64,000 nt of DNA, taken from assembly GCA_030699125.1 (NCBI GenBank), contig JAUYKM010000007.1, positions 5,082 through 69,081 of the forward strand, written 5' to 3'. The stretch comes from Candidatus Daviesbacteria bacterium (lineage in GTDB: Bacteria; Patescibacteriota; Microgenomatia; Daviesbacterales; UBA10151). A program made the position numbers and the translations under genes. Of the stretch, positions 8,701 to 19,930 are shown in pieces (the stretch's first letter is position 1; each line of letters begins with the position of its first letter). The notes below the pieces were generated by a model. The model saw nothing but the letters and a program-made list of their open reading frames with translations. It did no database searches and was not told where the DNA came from.

Positions 8701-8773
8701 GGGCCCGTAGTTCAGCTGGTAGAACATCTCATTTGCAATGAGAAGGTAAGCGGTTCGAGCCCGCTCGGGTCCA
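8701..8773 (+). tRNA. tRNA-Ala (anticodon UGC), G3:U70 identity pair, no encoded CCA
   Basis: Acceptor GGGCCCG/CGGGTCC with G3-U70; anticodon arm TCTCA-TTTGCAA-TGAGA; T arm AGCGG-TTCGAGC-CCGCT. Confidence 0.9.
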
Positions 8774-10916
8774 CTTTGCACCTTGAAATGTGAATACGTA
8801 ACCGCCGGAGGCGAGTCTCGCCAAAGGCGGAATTTAGGAAGGCTAATGATGGGACGTACCGTTCTGGTACATTCCGTCACAGCAAAAAATACTCAACATT
8901 AATGCATACGGTGGATGCCTAGGTCGAAAGTACCGATGAAGGACGTGCTAAGCTGCGATAAGCTTTGGGGAGCTGCTAAAAAGCTTTGATCCAAAGATTT
9001 CCGAATAGAGTAATCAGTCCGATTTATCGGATACTCTTTACTGAATTCATAGGTAAAGAGAGGGTACGTGCCGAACTGAAACATCTAAGTAAGCACAGGA
9101 AAAGAAATCAAACGAGATTCCCTAAGTAGCGGCGAGCGAAAAGGGAACAGCCTAAACCCCGATTTAATCGGGGTGTTGCGGGACCACAATATCTGACTGA
9201 TGAAGATAGAAGAAAACTCTGGAAAGAGTTGCCAAAGAAGGTGACAGCCCTGTAATCGAAATTAACATCAGCGGTAGTGGATTCCCAAGTAACTCAGGAC
9301 ACGTGAAATTCTGAGTGAATCTGGGGCGACCATGCTCTAAGGCTAAATATGCTTTCGGACCGATAGTGAACTAGTACCGCAAGGGAAAGGTGAAAAGAAG
9401 AGGTTTAACCTCAGTGAAATAGTACCTGAAACCGTATGTTGACAAGCAGTGGAAGTCCGCCTACATCTGTAAAGTTGTGGTGGACAACCGCGTGCCTATT
9501 GAAGAATGAACCGGTGAGTTATCATGTATTCTTAGTTTAAGCCTCTTTGAGGTGGAAGCGCAGTGAAAGCGAGGGTTAATTGCCCGATATAGAGAATGCA
9601 TGTTAGACCCGAAACCGAGTGAGCTATCCATGTCCAGGGTGAACCCCGTCGAAAGACGGGAGGAGGCCCGAACCCGTAACTGTAGCAATAGTTTGGGAAG
9701 AGATGTGGTTAGAGGTGATATGCCAAACGAACTCGGAGATAGCTGGTTCTCCCCGAAATATATTTAGGTATAGCCGTCCAATGGTGTCTAGAGGTAGAGC
9801 ACTGGCTCGAATCCTCAGTCGCAAGACCGAGGTTCGATTCAAACTCCGAATGCTAGAAACACTAAATTGGACGAGTCAGTCCGATCCGGCTAAGCGGAGC
9901 GGGCCTGAGGGAAACAACCCAGATCAACAGCTAAGGTCCCTAATTGTAAGTTAAGTGTTAAAGGAAGTTATAATCCTTAGACAGCCAGGAAGTTGGCTTA
10001 GAAGCAGCCACCTTTTAAAGATAGCGTAACAGCTCGCTGGTCTACTACGGATTGTAGCGCCGACAATGAACCGGGGCTAAACTTACAACCGAAGCTTTGG
10101 ATTCCGCCGTAAGGCGGAGTGGTAGGGGAGCGTCCTGATTGGCATGAAGCTGTGCTGTAAAGCATGGTGGACTAATCAGGAGTGAGAATGCCGGTATGAG
10201 TAGCGTATTGACGTGAGAAACGTCATCGCCGAATGCCCAAGGTTTTCCATGCAACGTTAATCGGCGTGGAGTTAATCGGTCCTAAGGTGAGGCCAATAGG
10301 CGTAACCGATGGAGAACAGGCTAAAATTCCTGTATTGAGATTGTTCTGACAAGTTCTGATGTAGGCCCCGCAAGGGGCACATATCAGGAGCTTTCAAGGG
10401 TGGACGAAGTAGGATTTCTTGATCCCGCATTGCGGGGTTTAAATAGCAAGTTAGTGGAAATAGGCAAAACCGTTTCCATAAGTCGGAACGTAACACTCAT
10501 TAATTGTGTGAACGTTCCGTCTTAAAAATGCAAGCTATGATGACGTAAGCAAGTAAAATTCTGTTTCCAAGAAAAGACTCGTGAAGGAGAATGATTTTAA
10601 CCGTACCGTAAACCGACACAGGTGGGCGAGTTGAGTATACAAAGGCGATCGGGAGAACTATCCTTAAGGAACTCGGCAACAAAAGCTGGACGTAACTTTG
10701 GGAGATGTCCTGCCATGCACCATACGGTGCGTGGCTACAACAAATGACGCTAAGCGACTGTTTAACAAAAACACAGGTCCCTGCTAAATCGAAAGATGAT
10801 GTATAGGGGCTGACACCTGCCCAGTGCCAGTAATTTAAAATTCGGGATGACCCGCAAGGTGAGTCCTGGGTCTAAGATCTGGTGAACGGCAGCAGTAACT
10901 ATAACTGTTCTATGGT

Positions 10917-11568
10917 TTTGGGAATTTCAAAGCCTTAGATGGTGGTGTGTTTTTTAATCTGACTATATGCTGGAATATCTGAGTATCCTATGCTACTATG
11001 GTAATAACTACACATAGTTATGCCAAGTAAAAATGCATTAGGTGCAGACAATCAGCAGGAAAGGCTTAGGATCTCAAGTTGGATAGTTGGTTTTGTTGAT
11101 GGAGAAGGGTGCTTTTCAGTTTCTATCTTTAAAAATAGAACAACCAGGAGTGGATTTCAGGTAATGCCTGAATTTGTGGTTACACAAGGCCAGAAAAGTC
11201 TAAACGTTTTAGAAACTATTAAAGACTTTTTTGGATGTGGAGCGATCTATGTAAATAGGCGCTATGATAATCACAAAGAAGATATCTACCGTTATTGTGT
11301 TCGTGCTACAAAAGATTTAAACGAAAAAATAATCCCTTTTTTCAAAGCAAACAAACTATTAACTTATAAGAAGAATGATTTTGAAACTTTCTGTAAAGCA
11401 GTGGAGATGAAATTATTAAATCTTCATTTAACAGCAGAAGGTTTGCAAAAATTTAGAGATCTTAAGAATCCTCAGAGACTATACGTCAGACCCTAAAAGG
11501 GAAGATATAGTCCGGACTATATAGCGATATATAGATGTGACGATTAGATTGTCACAGTAACATAATCG
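10917..11568 (+). mobile_element. group I intron at 23S position L1931 (E. coli numbering, approximate) carrying a LAGLIDADG homing-endonuclease ORF
   Basis: 5' exon ends ...CTATGGT (U); intron ends ...AATCG (terminal G); 3' exon resumes AGCGAAGTTCCTTGTCTGG (equivalent to E. coli AGCGAAAUUCCUUGUCGGG). Confidence 0.8.
11020..11496 (+). CDS. LAGLIDADG homing endonuclease, single-motif (homodimeric I-CreI-like) type
   Basis: WIVGFVDGEGCFSVSI motif; 158 aa; located inside the rRNA intron. Confidence 0.85.
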   Translation: MPSKNALGADNQQERLRISSWIVGFVDGEGCFSVSIFKNRTTRSGFQVMPEFVVTQGQKSLNVLETIKDFFGCGAIYVNRRYDNHKEDIYRYCVRATKDLNEKIIPFFKANKLLTYKKNDFETFCKAVEMKLLNLHLTAEGLQKFRDLKNPQRLYVRP

Positions 11569-11688
11569 AGCGAAGTTCCTTGTCTGGTGAGTTCAGACCC
11601 GCACGAAAGGTAGAACGACTTAGCGACTGTCTTGAGGATAGACCCGGCGAAATTGCAATGGCTGTGAAGATGCGGCCTTCCCATACTT

Positions 11689-11726
<38 letters not shown>

Positions 11727-12069
11727 CCTGATTTAAAGCTTTGATTGTATAGCGTAGGAGGGACCCGCCAACATTCTTTCGTAAGAAAGTTTGGGCGGGG
11801 ACAATGAAACACCTCTCTTTTGAATCTTTAAATCTCACCCCAACCCTTATAAAAACAGGGAAGGGGACAAGGTCTGGCGGGCAGTTTGACTGGGGCGGTC
11901 CCCTCCAAAAGAGTAACGGAGGGGTACAAAGGTACACTTAGCGCGTAAGGAAATCGCGCTTTAAGCGTAAAGGTATATAGTGTGCTTAATAGCAAGACAT
12001 ACAAGTCGAGCTAGTGCGAAAGCAGGTCTTAGTGATCCCCTGTTTGCAAATGGATGCGGCAGGGCTTAT

Positions 12070-12106
<37 letters not shown>

Positions 12107-12143
12107 GCCCTACAGTCCACAAGGACGGCAAGGTTCGGCACCT

Positions 12144-12486
12144 CAACTAAAATCGGGGGTCGGTAGGAGTAATCCTATTAGAATTGTTATCAACATTAGA
12201 AAGTCTTTTTGTAAATATTTACTAGCTAAAATCGGTGAACTCCAATCCGCTATATGCGGAGGATAACACCGAGGGAACCATGAAGTAGATAATCTCACTT
12301 CATGGCCCGTAACGACTTAATCTTTAGAGAGATTGGATTCAAGGTTCCAGATAATCTGGGTTGAAACTTGAATGAGCAAATGCTCTTCAACTTTATAAAT
12401 AAACTTGAATAAAAGGCTAGCTCCTATAAAGTTAATAGGATGAAGGTATAGTCTGATCCTGTAAGAAATTACAGAAAATTCGACAG
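12144..12486 (+). mobile_element. ORF-less group I intron at 23S position L2500 (peptidyl-transferase loop)
   Basis: 5' exon GGCACCU | intron (343 nt, contains the P7-like GAAGGTATAGTC and ends in G) | 3' exon CGATGTCGGCTCATC. Confidence 0.65.
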
Positions 12487-12643
12487 CGATGTCGGCTCAT
12501 CGCAGCGCGGGGCTGAAGCAGGTCCCAAGCGTCTGGCTGTTCGCCAGTTAAAGCGGTACGCGAGCTGGGTTCAGAGCGTCGTAAGACAGCTCGGACTCTA
12601 TCCAGTATGGGCGTTTTGATTCTTGAGGGGAGTTGTCTCTAGT

Positions 12644-13021
12644 AAGCAATTGCTACTGTCCGCCGAAAGGCGGACTGACAAATTGGCTAATAACGGTGAA
12701 GCCCTCTTGACTTTGGGTTTAGTTTGGTTCTATGCTAAATCTATAACAAAAAAGTCAATGGGTAATACCGTGGGAAGACGATTCATGTGTCATTCTGAGG
12801 CGAAGCCGAAGAATCTCTGAACTAGTTTCAGATGTATCTAGAATAAATCTAGAGATCCTTCACTACGTTCAGGATGACAAAGAATTTGTCCCCGTAACGA
12901 CTGATATATGAGGTACCAGATAATCTGGAAGTAAACTCATATTATATGCCAATTCCGCAGCACATTATGGTGGCGGAAAAGATATAGTCTGATTCTCTAA
13001 GAAATTAGAGTTAACAAAATG
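12644..13021 (+). mobile_element. ORF-less group I intron inside the sarcin-ricin loop region of 23S (after U of AGU|ACGAGAGGACC), paralogous to the L2500 intron
   Basis: 5' exon ...TTGTCTCTAGT | 378-nt intron (GATATAGTC P7-like; shares CCAGATAATCTGG and ATAGTCTGAT.CT.TAAGAAATTA.AG blocks with the L2500 intron; ends in G) | ACGAGAGGACCGAG. Confidence 0.6.
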
Positions 13022-13336
13022 ACGAGAGGACCGAGATGAGGAAACCTCTAGTGTGCCTGTTGTTACTACAGTAGCAGCGCAGGGTAGCTACGTTTCTTTT
13101 TGATAAGTGCTGAAAGCATCTAAGCACGAAGCAGACCCCAAGATGAGGAATCTTTAAGATCCCTAGAAGACTACTAGGTTGATAGGTTGGCGGTGTAAGC
13201 ACTGTAAGGTGTTTAGCCTACCAATACTAATGATCATAGTTGAGATTTTTTGCTCGCCTCGCTTCGCTTGTCGAAGCGGGCTTGAGCCTTTTTAAATACG
13301 TATTCACATTTCAGAGTGTAAATGTTATAATAATGT

Positions 13337-13454
13337 TCTCGGTGGTTTGTGCGAGGCGGTCCGACCTGATCCCATCCCGAACTCAGTCGTCAAACGCTTC
13401 AGCGGGGACGATAATATATCCGCAAGGGTATGTGAAAATACCTCACTGCCGGGA
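13337..13454 (+). rRNA. rrf: 5S rRNA
   Basis: GGTCCGACCTGATCCCATCCCGAACTCAGTCGTCAAACGC...GGGATG core matches the 5S consensus (CCGAACTCAG...GAAAC); terminal helix TCTCGGTGG/CTGCCGGGA. Confidence 0.7.
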
Positions 13455-13512
13455 TAAAAAAGGAAGAAGGTGTTCATGTTTGGTTCAAAAAAATATATCT
13501 AAAAATCCCACT

Positions 13513-14568
13513 ATGGAGGAGCTTCTAGCTTCTCAGCCAAAATCTCCCACTCTTTATCGCGGACAAGAAGTAGAAGGTGAGATTATCTCCATTACAGATA
13601 AAGAAATTATCTTTGATCTGGGAGCTAAATCAGATGGAATCTTGCTCAAAAAAGAATTCCCCCAGGCTAATCTGAGTGATCTTAAAGTAGGGAAAAAATT
13701 CACAGCTTTTATAGCCTCTTTGGATAATGGTTCAGGCCAAGTAGTTCTATCTACTTCTTTCCAATCATCACAAAAAACAGGCAAGAGGAGAAAAACTTCT
13801 TTTGATAAATTTACTCAAGCTCAAAAATCAGATCATGAATTAACAGGTCAAGTAGTGGAGATCAATAAAGGTGGTTTGATTGTGGAGATAGGAGGGGTGA
13901 GAGGATTTTTACCGAATTCGCAAGTAGGTTCTGAGCTTTTAATAAAAACTTTTACAACCTCAGATTTGGTGGGACAGGAAGTTAGATTTAAAGTGATTGA
14001 GGTTGATGAAGATAATATGAGGTTGATTTTCTCACAAAAGCTGACTTTGTCAAAAGAGCTGGAAGAAAAACTGCAAAAGTTTAAACAAGGGGATAAAGTA
14101 ACAGGGAAAATTTCCGCCATTTTAAATTTTGGGTTGGTGGTAGATGTAGATGGAGTAGCCGGACTGGTTTTTATATCAGATGTGGCCTGGGAAAAAGTTG
14201 AAGATTTATCTAAATTGTATCAGGTGGGACAGGAGATTGAGGCCCAAATTCAGAATATAGACTTGGAACTGGGTAAATTGGATCTGTCTTTGAAGCATTT
14301 GAGTGAAGATCCGTTTATTAAGGTTTCCGAAAAATATCATGCTGATGATTCAGTTAAAGCAGAAGTTGTATCAATAGATGAATATGGGGTGAAGTTTAAT
14401 CTGGAAGAGGGAGTGGAGGGATTCCTACCTTCCTCCAAAATGGATCCTGGAACCATTTATGAAACTGGGCAAAAGCTTACCATGCTGGTGGATAGTATTG
14501 ATAAGAATCATCGCAAGATAAACTTGGCTCCCATGGTTACCTCAACTGCCGGGTTGATATATAAATGA
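13513..14568 (+). CDS. rpsA: S1 RNA-binding domain protein (four S1 repeats; ribosomal protein S1-like)
   Basis: Repeated G..V.G.V..I...G..VD.G motifs (GQEVEGEIISITDKEIIFDLG; GQVVEINKGGLIVEIGGVRGFLP; GDKVTGKISAILNFGLVVDV; VKAEVVSIDEYGVKFNL). The listed ORF start at 13240 reads through the 5S rRNA; true start taken as ATG 13513. Confidence 0.75.
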   Translation: MEELLASQPKSPTLYRGQEVEGEIISITDKEIIFDLGAKSDGILLKKEFPQANLSDLKVGKKFTAFIASLDNGSGQVVLSTSFQSSQKTGKRRKTSFDKFTQAQKSDHELTGQVVEINKGGLIVEIGGVRGFLPNSQVGSELLIKTFTTSDLVGQEVRFKVIEVDEDNMRLIFSQKLTLSKELEEKLQKFKQGDKVTGKISAILNFGLVVDVDGVAGLVFISDVAWEKVEDLSKLYQVGQEIEAQIQNIDLELGKLDLSLKHLSEDPFIKVSEKYHADDSVKAEVVSIDEYGVKFNLEEGVEGFLPSSKMDPGTIYETGQKLTMLVDSIDKNHRKINLAPMVTSTAGLIYK

Positions 14569-14569
14569 T

Positions 14570-15874
14570 ATGCCAAAATTTAGCTCAGTCTATATCTGTC
14601 AGCAGTGTGGATACAGATCTTCTCAATATTTAGGAAAATGCCCCCAATGTGACAGTTGGAATTCCCTGGTGGAAGAGGTGGAAGAAAGTCATCAGCAATC
14701 AGCCATCAGTCGTCAGATAAGAGAAAAAGCAGAGATTGTGGATTTATCAAAGATTCAAAAAACAGATTATCAAAGACTTTCTACAAAACTGGAGGAGTTT
14801 GACAGATGTTTGGGAGGCGGGGTCGTGCCTGGAAGTCTGGTACTAATTTCAGGTGATCCCGGTATTGGCAAATCAACTCTCTTAACTCAGCTGGCGCTTA
14901 ATATTAAAAATACTCTTTATGTTGCAGGAGAGGAATCTGCCCAGCAAATAAAAATAAGAGTGGACAGGATGAAACCGAATGCTTCTCTAACTGTTTTAAA
15001 TGAGATAGATGTAGATTTAATCTGTGATCTGATAAAAAAAACCAAGCCTGCATTGGCAGTAATTGATTCAATCCAAACCCTAGAAACTGCCGATTTAGAA
15101 TCAATCGCAGGTTCAATAGGACAAGTAAGAGAATCTGCGCAAAGACTGCATGAGGTGGCCAAGAGCTTACATATTCCCATCTTTTTGGTAGGTCATGTGA
15201 CCAAGGAGGGAAGTATTGCCGGGCCTAAAACTCTGGAACATATGGTGGATGTAGTGCTCTCTTTGGAAGGTGATTCAAACACCCAATTTAGAATTTTAAG
15301 AGCAAATAAAAATAGATTTGGCCCCACAGATGAAGTAGGTGTTTTTGAAATGAATGATACAGGCATGATGGAAGTGAAAAATCCCTCCAAGCTGTTTTTG
15401 GAGCAAAAAGTTAATGCTCCAGGCTCGGCAGTGGTGGCTATACTCGCTGGCGTCCGTCCACTGTTGGTGGAAATTCAAGCCTTGGTCACCAAATCAAATT
15501 TGCCTTCACCCAGAAGAATGGGTTCAGGTGTAGATAACAATAGGCTGCAGCTTTTGGTGGCAGTGCTTCAGAAAAGATTGGGTTTACCGCTGTGGGATCA
15601 GGATGTGTTTGTCAATGTCACAGGCGGATTAAAAATATTTGAACCGGCAGCTGATCTGGGAATATGTTTAGCTATTATTTCTTCCTTTAAAGACAAAACT
15701 ATTAAGGAAAGATGCGTCTTGATTGGTGAAGTGGGATTGCTGGGGGAGCTTCGCACAGTCAGAGCGCTGGATAAAAGGATTACTGAGGCTAAAAAATTAG
15801 GATTTAGCAATGTAATTTCCTCGGAAAAAGGGAGATCAATTGCCTCAATTTTAAAACAAGCTTTTGTGGAATAG
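14570..15874 (+). CDS. radA: DNA repair protein RadA/Sms
   Basis: N-terminal C4 zinc finger (CQQCGYRSSQYLGKCPQCDSW); Walker A GDPGIGKST; KNRFG motif; Lon-protease-like C-terminal domain. Confidence 0.9.
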   Translation: MPKFSSVYICQQCGYRSSQYLGKCPQCDSWNSLVEEVEESHQQSAISRQIREKAEIVDLSKIQKTDYQRLSTKLEEFDRCLGGGVVPGSLVLISGDPGIGKSTLLTQLALNIKNTLYVAGEESAQQIKIRVDRMKPNASLTVLNEIDVDLICDLIKKTKPALAVIDSIQTLETADLESIAGSIGQVRESAQRLHEVAKSLHIPIFLVGHVTKEGSIAGPKTLEHMVDVVLSLEGDSNTQFRILRANKNRFGPTDEVGVFEMNDTGMMEVKNPSKLFLEQKVNAPGSAVVAILAGVRPLLVEIQALVTKSNLPSPRRMGSGVDNNRLQLLVAVLQKRLGLPLWDQDVFVNVTGGLKIFEPAADLGICLAIISSFKDKTIKERCVLIGEVGLLGELRTVRALDKRITEAKKLGFSNVISSEKGRSIASILKQAFVE

Positions 15875-15887
15875 TTTGTGGATAACT

Positions 15888-15907
15888 AATCCGCCAGCTG
15901 GCGGATT
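15888..15907. repeat. family B palindrome AATCCGCCAGCTGGCGGATT (perfect, 20 bp), intergenic between convergent radA and the TPR membrane gene
   Basis: Perfect dyad; likely a bidirectional terminator-like hairpin. Confidence 0.8.
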
Positions 15908-15923
15908 CGGGTTTCCATTCGGG

Positions 15924-17924
15924 TTATTTGCTGAGTGCCTCTCTTATCTGTTTGAGGATATTTTCATCCGGAGTAGCGCTAAGACCTTTTTGCCAAATCT
16001 CTCTAGCCTCATTTTCTGATCCTCCGGACTGAATAATCAGCTGACCTAATCTAAGGTACGCTAAGCCTCTTTCCGGTTCATCTCTGATGGCTTGTCTATA
16101 AAGTCCAATTGCTTGATTTAGATCACCATATTTGACAGATAACTCAGCCAGATTCATCTTGGGAGCAGCAGAGTAAGGGGTAATCGCCAAGGCTTGGATA
16201 AAAAGAGTTTTAGCCTCATCAAACTTTTTCTCCTCCAAAAGCATGAATCCTAAAGTATTTAGAGAGACGGCTGAGGGGGCAATAGATTGCATTCTTTGAT
16301 ATTCCTTTCTAGCCTCATCACGCTGATTTTCCTTATAAAGTTTTTTCCCAAAAGGAGTAGCTGCTTGGAAAGAGAAATTTTTTATAACATCCTCATTTAA
16401 TCCATCGTTTTTGACATAAATTTCAGTAGTATCATCAAAAAATACCAAATTCCACTGAGGATCGTTCCTTAAGAGTCTTGCCAGTCTTCTGATTGGGGTA
16501 AATTTTTCTACAGTAATTATTGCGAAAGAGACTTCATACTCTTCAATTAAATAATCAAATTTTTCTTTAAAACGTTCATCAGTATACTCATTATTAAAAA
16601 GCTCATCATATTCAGGCAGAACTTTAGGTAAAAACATATCAGTCCTGCCGTCAATAAATGTTTTAAATTCCGGTCCCAAACGGTACATGATATAGCCGCC
16701 CATCTCGTATTCATTAAACATCTTGCCTTTGAGATTATTTTGAATAAAAGGAATAGCTTGTTTTGGGTAAAGCCTTAAGATCCCCGTTGCTTCCTCCCGG
16801 TAAATATATAGGAAAAAGATAAAAGTTATCAGAATTATTGCAGTTATAAGAATAATAAAAAACTTGTTGGTTAAGATTGTGAGCCTATTTTGGATCAAAC
16901 GTATAGTGGGGACTAAAGAAAGTAAAATTACCGGCATAGAGAATTGAGTCTGTCTGACCCCCCAAATTACAAAAAGCCCCAAAGGAATAAATGGTAAGTA
17001 ATCTAGAATCGGCCATTTAAGTTTAGCCTGTTTTTTTCTTAAAGATAAAATGACGCTTAAAGAAAGGCTTAAGAGGGCAAGAATTATAATAATAAGATAA
17101 ATGTAGTATCGGATACCTAGTTCATAAAGAGGAACCCATTCCCCAATGACCACCGTGATAAATTGGCGTTTCTCAAAAAACAGGTATAAAAGCTCATATG
17201 TTTTGATTCCCAGGGGTGGGAGCAGAGTAATGATTGTGTTAATTGTGCCAAAAAGTGCTAGATCTTTTGCTAATTTAATATCTTTTTTGATTAATGCTAA
17301 AACAGCAAAGGCAAAGAAAAGATAAAGACCAACTATCATAGAAGCGTGCAGATTAGTCCAAATGAAAAAAAGAGGAATAGTAAGCATAAGAAAATTTTTA
17401 CCCAAGAACACTCTTTTTAAAATAAGATATAAAACAACCATAAAAATGACATAAGCTGAAATTTGTGGCCTCTCCACCCAAAAGTCATATCCTATTATAG
17501 CTAGGGTGCCCACAAGTAATATGCGAGGAATAAAGGAAATTTGAAAAATTTCTTTTAAAATCTGACGAAATATAAAAGCATAAGTTAAGGTTGATGATAC
17601 AACTAGAGCTTGGACGCCTATGTTACCAAAAATAGTATAAATTAAATAAATTACTACCTGAAATAGCCATTCATAAGGGACGGCGCTTTGTCCGTAGGCT
17701 GTGTGAGAGAATTGATCGCTAAATGGCAAACTTTTAGTCTGCAGAATAAATTCTCCATTTTTTGCATGAAACCAAAAATCAAAATTTTCTACCGGTCGGA
17801 TGGTAAAAATAAGGATAATTAGAAAAAAAATAAATTCTAAGACATATTCGGTCTTTAACTTGGCAAGCATCTTAGCCATTGTACCAAAAAATCCTATGTT
17901 AAGATGATTAAGTGAAAAAGTCAT
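15924..17924 (-). CDS. polytopic membrane protein with C-terminal TPR repeats (666 aa)
   Basis: Over 12 TM segments followed by TPR-like helices (AKTLFIQALAITPYSAAPKMNLAELSVKYGDLNQAIGLYRQAIRDEP...). Confidence 0.6.
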   Translation of the reverse strand: MTFSLNHLNIGFFGTMAKMLAKLKTEYVLEFIFFLIILIFTIRPVENFDFWFHAKNGEFILQTKSLPFSDQFSHTAYGQSAVPYEWLFQVVIYLIYTIFGNIGVQALVVSSTLTYAFIFRQILKEIFQISFIPRILLVGTLAIIGYDFWVERPQISAYVIFMVVLYLILKRVFLGKNFLMLTIPLFFIWTNLHASMIVGLYLFFAFAVLALIKKDIKLAKDLALFGTINTIITLLPPLGIKTYELLYLFFEKRQFITVVIGEWVPLYELGIRYYIYLIIIILALLSLSLSVILSLRKKQAKLKWPILDYLPFIPLGLFVIWGVRQTQFSMPVILLSLVPTIRLIQNRLTILTNKFFIILITAIILITFIFFLYIYREEATGILRLYPKQAIPFIQNNLKGKMFNEYEMGGYIMYRLGPEFKTFIDGRTDMFLPKVLPEYDELFNNEYTDERFKEKFDYLIEEYEVSFAIITVEKFTPIRRLARLLRNDPQWNLVFFDDTTEIYVKNDGLNEDVIKNFSFQAATPFGKKLYKENQRDEARKEYQRMQSIAPSAVSLNTLGFMLLEEKKFDEAKTLFIQALAITPYSAAPKMNLAELSVKYGDLNQAIGLYRQAIRDEPERGLAYLRLGQLIIQSGGSENEAREIWQKGLSATPDENILKQIREALSK

Positions 17925-19930
17925 TACTGCTTATTTCATTAATCAGTTTTTTAATTCTCTATTTAGAGTTAGCTTTAATACGTTATCTTCCAGCATATAT
18001 TTATTATCTGGGATATTTTACAAATTTTATATTTATAGCCTCGATTCTGGGGATGGGGTTAGGGGTAATGCTGGGTGGACTAAAAAGGAATTTAATCCAT
18101 TTTGTATTACCTATACTTTTTATATTAATATTGGGAGCTAAATTTCTATATTTGGGAATAGATCCATCTGATCCCGGCATAATTTTTTTCAAAGACATAA
18201 ATAAAGGAAAGATTATCCTTAATAGTTCTTTTATAATCTCTCTGGTTTTTATATTGGTAGCATTAATTTTTACCTGTATATCGCAATCTTTGGGAAGATT
18301 ACTCAATCTTTCGCAAAAACCTCTGGCAGCTTATGTTGCTGACCTTATTGGTGCTATTTTAGGTGTTATCGTATTCCGTTTGGGAATATTTTATGCAGCA
18401 GAGCCTGCTATTTGGTTTTTGCAATTTTGTCTTTTTTTTTTAATATTTTATTACACCCAAATTAAATCTAAGGTTCGTATTTTTCAAATACTTATAGCCG
18501 CACTTTTAATTTTAGTAGTAGTAAGAAATATAGAAGGTTTTGAAAACATATGGTCTCCATATTACAAAATAACCGTAATTACGGACAATAAAACTAAAAC
18601 TACAGATGTTTATGCTAATGGTATTGGCCATCAATCTTTTTCTAGGCTGATTAATGCTAAAGCCTACAATTCAATCTATTCACAATTATCAAGACTTAAT
18701 CATCCTTTAAATAATTTATTGATTATTGGGGCAGGTACAGGTCAAGATGTATCTGCAGCATTGGCATTTGGGGCCAAACATATTGATGCGGTGGAAATTG
18801 ATCCCCAAATTTTAAAAATTGGTAAGGAAAGACACCCGGAAAAACCATATCAGGATCATAGGGTAAGTACTTATATTGATGACGGCAGGCATTTTTTGGA
18901 AGTAACTGATAAAAAATATGATTTCATAATTTTGGCGCTAACAGATTCACTTGTTGCTAATTCCAGGTTTGGACAAGCACGTTTGGAAGGTTACCTCTTT
19001 ACTGTCGAATCTTTCAAAAAAATTAGAGAAAAATTAAACGACGGAGGGTATATGGTGGCTTACAACGATTATAGACAGGATTGGTTGATTAAGCGTCTCA
19101 TAGATATGATGACTGTATCTTTTGGGAAATTTTATCAAGAAAGGGTAATCGGCAATTATTCCAGGATTTTACTTGCCAAAAATGAACCTGGAATGAATAC
19201 TCTCGTTATTCAGAAGTTATTACCAACTGATGATTGGCCTTTTCTTTATATAAAAGAGAAAAATATTCCGAGAGTATATTTGGATTCTTTAGGGATTATC
19301 TTATTAATTACTTTACTGAGCTTATGGCTGATTTTAAAAAAGGTAAAAATTATATCAGATAGGGTTTACGGAAGACTATTTTTATTTTTCTTCTTGGGCG
19401 CCGCCTTTGCACTTTTGGAAACAAAAAGTATCGGCCAGCTGGCTTTAATTTTTGGATCAACATGGTATGTTAATGCAGTAGCATTTATAGGGATATTATT
19501 GGTTACTCTTTTTGCAGCTTTATTAAACTTAAAATTTAATTTGATTAACACACGTATATTATTCATAGGATTATTTTTATCAATTGCTGCTCAATATTTT
19601 ATTCATCCGATTTCTTTTATGATGATAAATGAAGATTTTTCTAAGTTTATACTAGCTTTGATATATTTTTTCTTGCCTGTTGGATTTGCCAATTGTTTAT
19701 TTGCCAAATTTTTCAAAGAAAGTAAAACAGCTTCTTTAGAATTTGGCAGCAATCTATTAGGTTTGGTTTTTGGCTCGATGGTTGAGTATACGGTAATGAT
19801 AATTGGATTTATCAATTTAACTTTAATAATTGGATTATTTTATCTGATTGCCTTTATCGCTATGTTATTATTAAGCCGTGAGAAAATATCTTCTATCAGT
19901 TCTTCTGGCAGTAATATTCTTCATCGGTAA
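17912..19930 (+). CDS. membrane protein with central spermidine-synthase-like (PABS) methyltransferase-fold domain
   Basis: LLIIGAGTGQDVSAALAFGAKHIDAVEIDPQILKIGKERHP...DFIILALTDS = PABS/SAM-fold signature, flanked by multi-TM regions. Confidence 0.7.
   Translation: MKKSLLLISLISFLILYLELALIRYLPAYIYYLGYFTNFIFIASILGMGLGVMLGGLKRNLIHFVLPILFILILGAKFLYLGIDPSDPGIIFFKDINKGKIILNSSFIISLVFILVALIFTCISQSLGRLLNLSQKPLAAYVADLIGAILGVIVFRLGIFYAAEPAIWFLQFCLFFLIFYYTQIKSKVRIFQILIAALLILVVVRNIEGFENIWSPYYKITVITDNKTKTTDVYANGIGHQSFSRLINAKAYNSIYSQLSRLNHPLNNLLIIGAGTGQDVSAALAFGAKHIDAVEIDPQILKIGKERHPEKPYQDHRVSTYIDDGRHFLEVTDKKYDFIILALTDSLVANSRFGQARLEGYLFTVESFKKIREKLNDGGYMVAYNDYRQDWLIKRLIDMMTVSFGKFYQERVIGNYSRILLAKNEPGMNTLVIQKLLPTDDWPFLYIKEKNIPRVYLDSLGIILLITLLSLWLILKKVKIISDRVYGRLFLFFFLGAAFALLETKSIGQLALIFGSTWYVNAVAFIGILLVTLFAALLNLKFNLINTRILFIGLFLSIAAQYFIHPISFMMINEDFSKFILALIYFFLPVGFANCLFAKFFKESKTASLEFGSNLLGLVFGSMVEYTVMIIGFINLTLIIGLFYLIAFIAMLLLSREKISSISSSGSNILHR

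Noticed and set aside
13240-13512. N-terminal 91 codons of listed ORF 13240..14568
   Set aside because: They read through the 23S 3' end and the whole 5S rRNA. The genuine S1-domain protein starts at ATG 13513.
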